Of a stretch of DNA of 64,000 bases, positions 52,969 through 62,391 are shown piece by piece; position 1 is the stretch's first letter; the number at the start of each line of letters is the position of its first letter. The notes below the pieces were generated by a model that saw only the letters and a program-made list of their open reading frames with translations, made no database searches and was not told the origin of the DNA. Source of the DNA: Elusimicrobiota bacterium (GTDB lineage Bacteria; Elusimicrobiota; Endomicrobiia; Endomicrobiales; JBDRNC01); NCBI GenBank assembly GCA_043811535.1, contig JBDRNC010000017.1:64001-128000 (forward strand), read 5' to 3'. Position numbers and translations under genes: made by a program.

Positions 52969-54606
52969 TTATTCCCTTTCGGCGATGTCCGGAGGGGCTC
53001 CGCCCTGGTTAAGCTTATTGATCTTCCATGATTTATCGCCAAATCTGTTTTTAAGAATCTTATAAAGTTTTACTGACAAATACTTTTTGAATATTGAGTT
53101 GACGATATATGCTCTGTATCGATAATAAAACCCGTACATTTTCGTAATGAAATCGATTTCAATCATAAATTTGAAATATTGATTTTTATAGCGCCATCTT
53201 GCAATCTTGGAAAGTAAATAGCTTATATAGCTATGTGCGTATGGAAGTCCCGTATTGTCGTTAAGTTCCTTAAAATCCTGATATGAACTAAGATCGCGAT
53301 AAAACACTCCTGGAGATAATTTTAAGAGGTTGCAGCACATTAAGGCATGTTCCTTCGGAACCCATGTTATATTTTTCAAATCGACGGGCAGTTTATAATT
53401 GCCCCATTCTTCGAGAGAGGTCGGTATCTTGTAATTGTAGTTGTTAGTCAGGAGATCGAAAATAGGTGTGCCTGGTAGAGGCATTAGGTTCACAATTCCA
53501 ATAAAAATGTATTTGTTGTTTTCAGATAGTTCATTAATAAGTTTACATGTCGCATTAATGTCTTCAGTCGTTTCTGTAGGGAAACAATTAATAAATACCA
53601 GTCTGTGTGCGATGCCGTACTTGCTTAAAACACCGGTAGTCCTTACGATTTGTTCAACAGTAATATCTTTTTTTATGACTTCATTCAGCATTCTTTGGGA
53701 ACCGGATTCGGCGCCAAAGCCCATGTAATAGCAGCCCGACTCCTTCAATAATTTAGGAAATGCCTCGCCGTACTTGGCGTATGCCTTGTCGAATGAATCA
53801 AATCTACAAAAAGAAGTCCAGCGGATATTCAGCCCTTTTCGTTTGACCGATTCAAAAATACTTAAGACTCTTGCAGGATCTATGAAAAATTCATCTTCAT
53901 AATCAAAATTAAAGTTTCGTATATTATAGTTTTTGTAAAGAAATTCGATTTCTTCGGCTACACGTTCAGAGGATTTTGTCCGGTACTTTCTTTTATTAAA
54001 GTAAGTACTGTAACAGAAACTGCACCTGTACGGGCAACCTCTGGATGTATGCACGGGTAAAACGCTGGATTTTAGGAATTTTGTGCCCAGCAAGTGATAC
54101 GGAAGGTCAATATCAAGAGTATCCATGTCAATATAATCACGGGAAGGGTTAATTACTGTATTTCCTTCTTTATTCTTATAGGCAATACCCTTTACACAGG
54201 ACAGATCTTTTTTATTAAGTAATGTGTCGGCAAGATCTTTTACGGTTTCCTCTCCTTCGCCGATTACAACAATGTCGATATATTCATTCTGCAGCGATTG
54301 TTCCGGCAGGACAGAAGGATGGACTCCGCCCAGTACTATCGGTATTCCGCTGTCGTATTCCTTTATTAATTTTGCTATACGAAGACCGGTAGATATCATT
54401 TTCCCGGTCAACATTGTTATTCCTACGAATAAATAGTCGTCCTTTTTTAGATTACGGATACTTTCAACACTTAAATTTAGTATGGAAACATCAATATTCT
54501 GTTTGATGAGAGAATGTGCCACATAAAGCAATCCCAAGGGATATGTGAATCCCCAAAAGGATAGTTCTGAAGGATAAATCAATAAGACTTTAGGCTTTGT
54601 AAACAT
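52969..54606 (-). CDS. Cobalamin-dependent radical SAM protein (class B methyltransferase-like)
   Basis: PLGLLYVA, LGGVHPS, GEGEE, SRGCPYRCSFC and FGAESGS motifs. Confidence 0.9.
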   Translation of the reverse strand: MFTKPKVLLIYPSELSFWGFTYPLGLLYVAHSLIKQNIDVSILNLSVESIRNLKKDDYLFVGITMLTGKMISTGLRIAKLIKEYDSGIPIVLGGVHPSVLPEQSLQNEYIDIVVIGEGEETVKDLADTLLNKKDLSCVKGIAYKNKEGNTVINPSRDYIDMDTLDIDLPYHLLGTKFLKSSVLPVHTSRGCPYRCSFCYSTYFNKRKYRTKSSERVAEEIEFLYKNYNIRNFNFDYEDEFFIDPARVLSIFESVKRKGLNIRWTSFCRFDSFDKAYAKYGEAFPKLLKESGCYYMGFGAESGSQRMLNEVIKKDITVEQIVRTTGVLSKYGIAHRLVFINCFPTETTEDINATCKLINELSENNKYIFIGIVNLMPLPGTPIFDLLTNNYNYKIPTSLEEWGNYKLPVDLKNITWVPKEHALMCCNLLKLSPGVFYRDLSSYQDFKELNDNTGLPYAHSYISYLLSKIARWRYKNQYFKFMIEIDFITKMYGFYYRYRAYIVNSIFKKYLSVKLYKILKNRFGDKSWKINKLNQGGAPPDIAERE

Positions 54607-54636
54607 TTTTTTAAGAAATTAATGACATGTGTTATT

Positions 54637-55695
54637 TTAGAATGGGCCTTTGAATTCCTTGTAAAGTTTTCTTTTTAAATCCGCCGAAGGTAATTCCTTG
54701 CCGTGTCTTTCCTTGCCTAGGACCAGTTTATATATACTATCAACAAGTGTTCCTATGTCAGGATAAAAGTAGTTTTCGAGCGTTTTGGCAGTCGGGCACG
54801 GGACAGGGGCCATTGATATGTTGATAACAGGTTTTTTAAGCAGTTCGGGCGCGCAAGACGATATAATCCTGCAAACCTCTGAGCACACGCCGAATGACGG
54901 CCATCCCGTGTCGGCAACTATCAGCCTGCCGGTTTTTCTGACACTTTCAAGCAAAAGTTGAGCATCCATATGCGAAATGCAGTGAAGATCGATGATTTCA
55001 GCGTCGATGCCTTCTTTTTCCTTGACGAAATTCGCGGCGTTCTTCGCTTCAACCACCATAAAAGATGTCGCTGCGATAGTTACATCCTTGCCGGGCTTAA
55101 CAATATGAGAAGTAAAGGGGTTATTTGCCGCTTTGCTTCCTTCCTCTGGATTGAACGAAAAATCGTAAAGCAGTCTGTGCTCGAGCGAAAGCACGGGAGA
55201 CTTATATTTGTTAACGGCGTAAGAATAATTATCGATAACGCTCTGTGCGGAGCTAGGCATGATCACGGTCAGTCCGGGAATATGGGCGAACAGGGCCTGC
55301 AGGCTCTGCGAATGCTGCGCGCCCTGCCCCCAGCTTCTCCCGATTATAGCGCGCATAAGCAACGGCATATCAAACAACTCCCCGTACATATACTTGTACT
55401 TGGCTATGGAATTCACTATCTGATTCATCGCCAGCATAAGAAAGTCTACTCTGATATAAATATGGATAGGGTAGATACCATTCAGCGCGGCGCCCACGGA
55501 AAAACCAGTCATTGATTCTTCAGATAAAGGAGTATCAAATACTCTGTCTGAGCCGAATTCTTTTTCCAGGTTAAGAGTTGTCCCGAATATGCCCGTGAAA
55601 TCCGTAACACCAAGCCCGTAGATAATGGATTTTGGATTATCCTTCAACGCGCTGCGCATGCTTTGAGCTATTGCTTCGCGGTAAGTTTGAACCAT
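54637..55695 (-). CDS. ThDP-dependent dehydrogenase E1 beta subunit-like
   Basis: RVFDTPLSE, GAALNG, DF..LAMNQI and GAQHSQ motifs; start at ATG 55695. Confidence 0.9.
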   Translation of the reverse strand: MVQTYREAIAQSMRSALKDNPKSIIYGLGVTDFTGIFGTTLNLEKEFGSDRVFDTPLSEESMTGFSVGAALNGIYPIHIYIRVDFLMLAMNQIVNSIAKYKYMYGELFDMPLLMRAIIGRSWGQGAQHSQSLQALFAHIPGLTVIMPSSAQSVIDNYSYAVNKYKSPVLSLEHRLLYDFSFNPEEGSKAANNPFTSHIVKPGKDVTIAATSFMVVEAKNAANFVKEKEGIDAEIIDLHCISHMDAQLLLESVRKTGRLIVADTGWPSFGVCSEVCRIISSCAPELLKKPVINISMAPVPCPTAKTLENYFYPDIGTLVDSIYKLVLGKERHGKELPSADLKRKLYKEFKGPF

Positions 55696-55697
55696 GG

Positions 55698-56621
55698 TCA
55701 GTAGCATCCTTTGAGCAGGTCGCATTGATCCGGGAACGGGCTTTGCTCCGCGAAGGCGACCGCGTCATTGATTTCTTTTTCTATGCGTTTACCGAATTTC
55801 GATATCAAGTCGCGGTTGTTTATCAGAGGATCTCTTTTTTCGTACTTTTCACATTCGGAGCGGTCTCTGTATTTATGTTTGAAATCCTCTTCAACTCCGA
55901 CATGTCCCCTGTACCTATACGTCATTATTTCAAGTATGGCTGGAGTTCCTGTTTCTTTGATTTTACGCGTGATTTCTTCCGTCATAGAGGCGACTTTATC
56001 CATGTCAAAATTGTCTTCGATAATGTAATACGATATACAGTACGCATCGGCAAGTTTTTTAAGGCTGAATGACTGGCGCGTTTTAAGGGGCGAATGGATG
56101 GCCAGTCCGTTGTTTTCAATGACAAATAGCAGAGGAAGCCTCTTCAGCGAGGCGAAATTAAGGCACTCGTTGAAAACACCTTCTTCGGTGGAGCCGTCGC
56201 CCGTGACGGATACCACGATATTATCCTTCTTGAAAAATTTTAACGCGTAAGCGGCGCCGAGCGTGTGCGACAGCGTGGCGCCGACTATGGCAGAAGACCC
56301 CATCATGTTTACTTCCGGCGCCGTCAGATGCATCGAACCGGCTTTGCCTTTGGAAATACCCGTGGATTTACCGAAGAGCTCTGCGAACATCTTCTTGATG
56401 TCCCCTCCTTTGGCCAAGTAAACAGCGTGGCCGCGGTAGGTAGTGAAGACCTGATCTTCCTTTTTTAACCGGGACATGATTGCCGCTATGTGGTGTTCCT
56501 GCCCTACGGATAGGTGGACGGGGCTCTGAATCTTGTCGGAAGGATATAGTTCCGTGATCTTTTCTTCTACCATGCGTATCCTGAGGGCCTGGTAAAAAAT
56601 ATCTTCGTATTTTGCGTTCAT
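55698..56621 (-). CDS. ThDP-dependent dehydrogenase E1 alpha subunit-like
   Basis: HLSVGQE, TYRGH, GSMH, GDGSTEEG..ENN (ThDP motif) and TYRYRGH. Confidence 0.9.
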   Translation of the reverse strand: MNAKYEDIFYQALRIRMVEEKITELYPSDKIQSPVHLSVGQEHHIAAIMSRLKKEDQVFTTYRGHAVYLAKGGDIKKMFAELFGKSTGISKGKAGSMHLTAPEVNMMGSSAIVGATLSHTLGAAYALKFFKKDNIVVSVTGDGSTEEGVFNECLNFASLKRLPLLFVIENNGLAIHSPLKTRQSFSLKKLADAYCISYYIIEDNFDMDKVASMTEEITRKIKETGTPAILEIMTYRYRGHVGVEEDFKHKYRDRSECEKYEKRDPLINNRDLISKFGKRIEKEINDAVAFAEQSPFPDQCDLLKGCY

Positions 56622-57610
56622 TTCGCGGTCCTTTTTCTGACTTCATTCCTGCAGCTCTCAAGCAGGAACTTTACGCTTTCCTCAAAACTGTATTTCGGCT
56701 TCCATCCCGTAGCTCTCCTGAACTTTGAGGTGTCAGGTATCTGAAGAGTGACATCGGCGGGACGGAAGAGCTTGCGGTCGGCTTTGGAAGGTATCCTGAC
56801 TTTCGCCAGCTTCTTCAAGATGTCAAGGAATTCGCCCACTTTAATTATAGTTGTTCCTCCGATGTTGTACGCTTCGCCGAACTTGCATTTTACGGTGGCA
56901 ACCCAGTAGGATTCCATAGCGTCGCGCACGTCAATTATCGTCCTGACAGAGTTGAGATTGCCGTGCAGCAGGACTTTCTGAAGCCCTGCCTCGATCCTGG
57001 CCACCTGAAGCGCGAAAGACGTAGCGAAAAGATCGAAACGTCTTGGATTTATATAAGCGAACATGCGGGTCCTGATTATTTTCATTCCGTAGCTTTTGAA
57101 ATACATGTAACCCATCAGGTCCTGCGTCACTTTTGAGACAGCATAGGGGCTGGAAGGGTTCAACGGGCAAGTTTCTTTTATAGGGACGTTCTTGGGATCC
57201 ACCTGGCCGTAAACTTCAGACGTGCTGCAAAGCTGGATTACAGGGTCAATGCCAGCCGAGCGGACCGCTTCGAATAAATTAGCGGTGCCCATGATGTTGT
57301 TGTTCAACACGGAAAGCGGGGTTATGAAGGATGCCCTGACATTGGCGTGCGAAGCGATATGGAATATTGCTTCCGGCCTTGCCAATCTCAGTACGGAAAG
57401 CACCGAGCTGAAGTCCGTAAGGTCGCACTCGTGAAGCGTCAACCGCCCCGTCGCATGTTTCAAATTGACATTTGCCGCTGTACTATGCCACCTGGATATC
57501 CCGTGCAATTTTACGCCCGGATGATTATCAGCGATGTAATCCGCGAGGTAGCTGCCGCCCGAACCGCTTACGCCGGTGATCAACGCGCATCTAATTTTTC
57601 TGGGTTTCAT
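56618..57610 (-). CDS. GDP-sugar 4,6-dehydratase (Gmd family, DmhA-like)
   Basis: ITGVSGSGGSYLA, STSEVYG (Thr/Glu), SPYAVSK, PRR.D, IEAG.Q and GNL.SVRT motifs. Confidence 0.82.
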   Translation of the reverse strand: MKPRKIRCALITGVSGSGGSYLADYIADNHPGVKLHGISRWHSTAANVNLKHATGRLTLHECDLTDFSSVLSVLRLARPEAIFHIASHANVRASFITPLSVLNNNIMGTANLFEAVRSAGIDPVIQLCSTSEVYGQVDPKNVPIKETCPLNPSSPYAVSKVTQDLMGYMYFKSYGMKIIRTRMFAYINPRRFDLFATSFALQVARIEAGLQKVLLHGNLNSVRTIIDVRDAMESYWVATVKCKFGEAYNIGGTTIIKVGEFLDILKKLAKVRIPSKADRKLFRPADVTLQIPDTSKFRRATGWKPKYSFEESVKFLLESCRNEVRKRTAK

Positions 57611-57648
57611 TGTAGTTCCTTTTAAACCATGGAGATATAGAATCGTTT

Positions 57649-58587
57649 TTAGACATTCCCAAGAAATGAATTTTTAATGATCTTGTAGGCTTTTATAAGC
57701 TCATTTATGCCTTTATCGAGCCCGAACTCCGGTTTGAATCCGGTCTTTTCTATTTTTTCATTTGAGACTATGTAATCACGTTTATCGGCGTCTTCACCCA
57801 CAGGGGCTTCCATTATCACAAAACCGGGCACGTGTTTCTTTATCCTCTCGCACAGCTCGAGCTTGGAAAGGTTCGCGTCCGACAGGCCGATATTATACGC
57901 GTTGTTCTTCATTTTTTCAAAATTATCCATCGTGTGGATGAAAGCTTTCGAAACATCGCGGACATGGATGAAGTTTCTCTTGAAATGCCCTTCAAAAATT
58001 ACGATAAAACTATCGTACATAGCTCTGTAGACGAAGTCGTTCACCATCAGATCAATACGCATTCTCGGAGATGTCCCGAACACGGTGGCCAGTCTCAGGC
58101 TTACCGAGTTTCCCCTGTCCAGCACGATTTTTTCCGCTTCGATCTTTGTAGTTCCATAGAGCGTGATGGGTTTCAGCGGTGTTTCTTCGGTGCAAAACTT
58201 GTCCTTTTGCCCTATGCCGTAACCGCTGTTCGTGTTAGGCAGTATTATTATCTGGTTTTTACTTGAGTTGGCGGCTATCAATTTTACCGCGTCGATATTT
58301 ATCGACCTTGCCGCTGTTTTGTCCATGTTGCAAGCGGGTGCGCCTACTATAGCAGCAAGAGGGATTATTATATCCGCCTTTTTCAGCAGGGGTTTGACCA
58401 TGGATTCGTCGCGCACATCACCCTTCACTACCGAAAAATCATCATAGTGGCAGCAGTCAAGAAGCGAATTCTGCTTGTACATGAAGTTGTCAAGGACCGT
58501 AACTTTGTTTCCCAGAGAGAGAAGTTTTGGAACCATAACGGAGCCGATATATCCTGCCCCTCCTGTCACAAGAATGTTGTAACTCAT
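57649..58587 (-). CDS. NAD-dependent GDP-heptose C4 oxidoreductase (Cj1427-like)
   Basis: TGGAGYIGS, IIPLAAIVGAP.C, PNTNSGYGIG, RLATVFG.SPRMR.DL.VNDF and GED.DKRDY motifs. Confidence 0.82.
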   Translation of the reverse strand: MSYNILVTGGAGYIGSVMVPKLLSLGNKVTVLDNFMYKQNSLLDCCHYDDFSVVKGDVRDESMVKPLLKKADIIIPLAAIVGAPACNMDKTAARSINIDAVKLIAANSSKNQIIILPNTNSGYGIGQKDKFCTEETPLKPITLYGTTKIEAEKIVLDRGNSVSLRLATVFGTSPRMRIDLMVNDFVYRAMYDSFIVIFEGHFKRNFIHVRDVSKAFIHTMDNFEKMKNNAYNIGLSDANLSKLELCERIKKHVPGFVIMEAPVGEDADKRDYIVSNEKIEKTGFKPEFGLDKGINELIKAYKIIKNSFLGNV

Positions 58588-58625
58588 TTAATCTCCTCAT
58601 CCGCCTGTCCGGCGCGGCCCGCGCG

Positions 58626-59792
58626 CTAGATATTTTTTAGCGTTTTGTGCAAGTAGTCTATCTTATCTCGGATATCGTAAGGATAATTCCCTACGAAAAA
58701 TCCGTTGTAATGCGCGAATCTCGCGTTTTCGCACCTGGAGCCTGCGAGTTTAAAATATTTTACCACATCGTGACAAAGAATGCATCCCCCTGTTATTATC
58801 CTGAATTCTATCCCGGCGTTTTTGAGTCTCCTGAGTATCTTTTCGCGGTTAACCCCTTGCTTTGTGTTTACTATCATCGTGAAGCAGAACCACGAACTCT
58901 CGGCGCACCGTGTTTCATTCTGGATAATGAATCTATCGTCATTTTGAAAGAGTTTCTTGAAATATTGCGCATTTTTCCTTCTTATTTCAAGGAACCTGTC
59001 CAGTTTCTTAAGTTGTATCTTCCCGAGAACTCCGTTCATTTCTCCGGGACGCACGTTATATCCCGGAAGGATGAACCTGTAGGCTTCAAAAAAATCGTCG
59101 TATTTTTTCCTGAATATTCCGCTATGAGCGTCAATGCCCCTGGTCCATCCATGGTTTCTCAGGGATTTCGCCAGGTTGAACAGCTCCTTGTCGTCCGTCA
59201 GGATAAGCCCGCCTTCCATTGTTGAAATATGATGGGAGAAGAAAGTGCTGAACGTGTTGATAAGGCCGAAAGTTCCCGTGAATTTGCCCCCGAATGTCGC
59301 TCCCATAGACTCACAATTGTCTTCAAACAGTATGAGGCCGTGTTTCCTGCAAAATTCGGTTATTCTGTCGAACCGGCACGGGTTGCCGAGTACGCTGACG
59401 GCGACGACCATCCTCGTCCTTGGAGTAAGGGCTTTTTCAAGCTGTTCGACGTCTATGTTCAGCGTGTCAATGTCGACGTCTACAAATCGCATTTTAAGCC
59501 CATACTGGTGAAGAGGATAATATGTAGTGCTCCATGAAATACTCGGCACGATAACTTCGTCTCCGGGTTTAAGCGGAGCGTGTTTCCTGTAAAAAAGAGA
59601 AGCCACCGCGATTAAATTGGCAGAAGAACCGGAATTGACCATGACAGCGTGTTTTTTGCCGAAATAGCGCGCGAACTGTTCTTCGAATTCCCGGACATGC
59701 CCGCCCATGGTAAACTGGTCGCTGTCCACTACTTTTTTCATCGCTTTTCTTTCTTCATCGGTGAAAGTTGACCGGAGAAGCTCGTATTTCAT
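58626..59792 (-). CDS. colD: PLP/PMP-dependent GDP-4-keto-6-deoxy-sugar 3-dehydratase (ColD-type)
   Basis: NSGSSANL, WSTTY.P, EDNCESMGA and FFSHHISTMEGG (His in place of the Schiff-base Lys), then HGWTR. ATG 59792 overlaps the upstream TGA. Confidence 0.85.
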   Translation of the reverse strand: MKYELLRSTFTDEERKAMKKVVDSDQFTMGGHVREFEEQFARYFGKKHAVMVNSGSSANLIAVASLFYRKHAPLKPGDEVIVPSISWSTTYYPLHQYGLKMRFVDVDIDTLNIDVEQLEKALTPRTRMVVAVSVLGNPCRFDRITEFCRKHGLILFEDNCESMGATFGGKFTGTFGLINTFSTFFSHHISTMEGGLILTDDKELFNLAKSLRNHGWTRGIDAHSGIFRKKYDDFFEAYRFILPGYNVRPGEMNGVLGKIQLKKLDRFLEIRRKNAQYFKKLFQNDDRFIIQNETRCAESSWFCFTMIVNTKQGVNREKILRRLKNAGIEFRIITGGCILCHDVVKYFKLAGSRCENARFAHYNGFFVGNYPYDIRDKIDYLHKTLKNI

Positions 59793-60805
59793 AATTTTCC
59801 CTTCCATGTCTTCGCGTAATTCGGTTTATAAAAGATTATTTCAGAACCCGAATAATCGAATTCAAAAGGTATGTGCAGGAATTTTCCCAAAGCTTCCTTC
59901 ACTTTGAGCTGTTTATCGGGTTCGGCGTAAAACAACATGAACCCGCCGCCGCCGGCGCCGAGGAGTTTTCCGCCGAGCGCGCCGTTTTTTAAAGCGGTGT
60001 TATAAATCTCGTCGATCAGGCTGTTGCTTATCATGGCTGAAAGGCTGCGTTTCAGTTTCCATGTTTCATTAAGCAATGTTCCGAATGCGGAAAAATCGGG
60101 TTTTATGGAAGTTACAATATTGTAAGCATCGTCAACGAGAGCCGACATGGTGTTGAGCTCGGAACTGTTTTTCTTGGTGTTTTTAATTTGTTCTTTGGCT
60201 ATATCAGAAGCATTCCTCGAAATACCCGTGAAAAAAAGCATGAATTTACTCTCGAATTGCGTGAGGTGCTCGCGCGTCATAATAACCGGCGTGACGACGA
60301 TCTCGCCGTTTTCCATAAAATCTATCTTATTAAGCCCGCCGCAAGCGGCGAATACCTGGTCCTGGGAGCCGACATTTTCCTTTATAAGGTTCTGCTCTAT
60401 GTGAATTGCGTCCTCGAAAAGCTCTTTACTGGAAATCACCTTTCCATTGAGAGCGTACATAGCTTTGAGAAAGCCGACAGTAAACGACGAACTTGACCCC
60501 ATGCCAGACCGCGCCGGGATATCCCCGTCGTGGTGAACTGAAATACCTTTGCTGTATTTTATGAATTTCAGCGTTTCCCTGACGGATGGGTGCCTAATTT
60601 CTTCGACGTGTTTCGAGTTTTCAATGATTGAATAGACTATCCTGTGCTTATGTTCGAAGAAAGGCGGAAGCTCCCGCACGACAAGATAGCAGTATTTATC
60701 GATTGCAACTCCCAGAACTTTGCCTCCGTGGTTGAGATACCATGAGGGATAATCCGTGCCGCCGCCGAAAAATGAGATCCTGTGAGGCGTTTTAGTGATG
60801 ATCAT
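59789..60805 (-). CDS. hddA: D-glycero-D-manno-heptose-7-phosphate kinase (GHMP family)
   Basis: TPHRISFFGGGTD, PARSGMGSSSS, GSQDQ and GGKLLGAGGGGF motifs. Confidence 0.85.
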   Translation of the reverse strand: MIITKTPHRISFFGGGTDYPSWYLNHGGKVLGVAIDKYCYLVVRELPPFFEHKHRIVYSIIENSKHVEEIRHPSVRETLKFIKYSKGISVHHDGDIPARSGMGSSSSFTVGFLKAMYALNGKVISSKELFEDAIHIEQNLIKENVGSQDQVFAACGGLNKIDFMENGEIVVTPVIMTREHLTQFESKFMLFFTGISRNASDIAKEQIKNTKKNSSELNTMSALVDDAYNIVTSIKPDFSAFGTLLNETWKLKRSLSAMISNSLIDEIYNTALKNGALGGKLLGAGGGGFMLFYAEPDKQLKVKEALGKFLHIPFEFDYSGSEIIFYKPNYAKTWKGKL

Positions 60806-62391
60806 TGGTTAATCCTTAAAGATAGATTTTGAGGGAAATTCTGAATCTTTTCAAATATTATTTCTTTTATCTTTGATGCCTGCTCTAATTTAAACAAGTA
60901 AGAAAGGCCTAAATAGACAACCGTGCCCAATGCGCATGCTATGCCGATTTTTCCGGTCTGGCTTACGGCGGAATAAGCGATCAATGTGTCAAACCATGAA
61001 TAAAAATAGTACATTACCGCGCCTGAAACAAGCGACAAGAAGAAGAAAACCGTCAAGGATTTAAGTATTGAAAGCCCGTGCATGTTCTTAAGGCGTTTTT
61101 TAATGATTGAATAGTACACGAATAGGGTCAGCATGCTTCCGGTGGAAGCAGACAAAGCTATTCCTGCAGCCGGAGGATTCACAAGTTTTATGAATATAAA
61201 ATTGAACAGCACGTTCATGGCTGTGCTTAGTACGGTAAAAAAGAAAAGAACTTTCATGTCCTGAAAAACAAATATAATCCTTTGCATGATAGCTACAGCG
61301 TAGCTGAAGAAAAGCTGTATCGTAAGGCAAATGAAGATAATCGAAGTAAGGTTGGTTGCTTCGGCGCCGAACGCTCCGCGCTGAAAAAGGGCTTTGATTG
61401 CAGGTTTAGCGAATATTATCATAGTTGTGGCAAGCGGGATATATATGAAACCCGACATTTTTATGCTTGACGCAAAAGTATGTTTCAACTCGTCAATCTT
61501 GTTCTCCGCTGCCTGCATAGAAAAGAACGGAAATAGAACGGTTAAAAGCGATGTGGAAATAAGAGTTGACGGGATAAGCAGAAGCTTCTCAGCGTATGAT
61601 ATCGCAGCGATACTGCCTTGCGGAAGCCAGGAAGCCATAACTCTATTTATTATCGGAGTTAGCCCGCTGATTAGGGACAGAATGATTATTATACCCGCGA
61701 ACCTGGCGGTTTTTATCAAGCCGGGATGCTTCAAATCAAGGGTAAACGTGTATTTAAAGCCCGATGCTTTTATGCAAAACGCGAGTATCAGCAGCTGAAT
61801 CAGGAGCCCTATCGCAAGCCCCCAGGCAAAAACGAATACACCCCAGCGCTTTGAGAAAAACACTATCAGTGTCATCGTAGAAAGAGTCACGAAAAGCTGG
61901 GACACTGACGGCCAGAAAAACCGCTGATTGGAATTCAGCACACTGGTAAGTATCGTGATAATTCCGCTGAAAACAGCCGTAACGCAAAGGATTTTCATCA
62001 AGCTGGCGGTGACAAACGAAGTCGACGGGTCAAAACCGCGGAATCCGTAGCTTACGATATTCCCCGCTCCGAGGAAAATAACCAGCGCTGTGACAGACAG
62101 GAAGATCAATGCGAAATTCAGCATTATACTTGTCATCCTGTCGGCTTCTTGAGGATTATTTTCGTGTTTGTAGCGGACAAATATCGGAATGAAAACAAGC
62201 GTAAATATGGATATCATCATCGCCGATATATAATTCGGTATAGTCAGAGCCGCGTTGAACGCGTCCATGGACCTGGTTATCCCGAAATACTTGGCCGCGA
62301 GCATCTCTTTGCCCATACTCAAAAGATTCCCGAGCACGCTGATTATTATCAGTATGAAAGATGCTTTGGCGATTTTTCTGTTAGTGCTCAT
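60802..62391 (-). CDS. murJ: MurJ/MviN-family (MOP) lipid-linked glycan flippase
   Basis: About 14 TM helices; FG....DAF..A..IP, LFQRGAF and MAS.L..GSIA patterns. Confidence 0.8.
   Translation of the reverse strand: MSTNRKIAKASFILIIISVLGNLLSMGKEMLAAKYFGITRSMDAFNAALTIPNYISAMMISIFTLVFIPIFVRYKHENNPQEADRMTSIMLNFALIFLSVTALVIFLGAGNIVSYGFRGFDPSTSFVTASLMKILCVTAVFSGIITILTSVLNSNQRFFWPSVSQLFVTLSTMTLIVFFSKRWGVFVFAWGLAIGLLIQLLILAFCIKASGFKYTFTLDLKHPGLIKTARFAGIIIILSLISGLTPIINRVMASWLPQGSIAAISYAEKLLLIPSTLISTSLLTVLFPFFSMQAAENKIDELKHTFASSIKMSGFIYIPLATTMIIFAKPAIKALFQRGAFGAEATNLTSIIFICLTIQLFFSYAVAIMQRIIFVFQDMKVLFFFTVLSTAMNVLFNFIFIKLVNPPAAGIALSASTGSMLTLFVYYSIIKKRLKNMHGLSILKSLTVFFFLSLVSGAVMYYFYSWFDTLIAYSAVSQTGKIGIACALGTVVYLGLSYLFKLEQASKIKEIIFEKIQNFPQNLSLRINQ

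Noticed and set aside
54637..56621. Housekeeping pyruvate dehydrogenase
   Set aside because: No E2 or E3 gene is present, and the pair is translationally coupled to a sugar dehydratase.
58612..58624. GCGCG-GCC-CGCGC hairpin as a terminator
   Set aside because: The stem is only 5 bp, there is no U-tract on the coding strand, and it lies within a 38-nt spacer.
58626..59792. Sugar aminotransferase that could replace the frameshifted DegT gene
   Set aside because: It has His (SHH) instead of the Schiff-base Lys, the signature of a 3-dehydratase.
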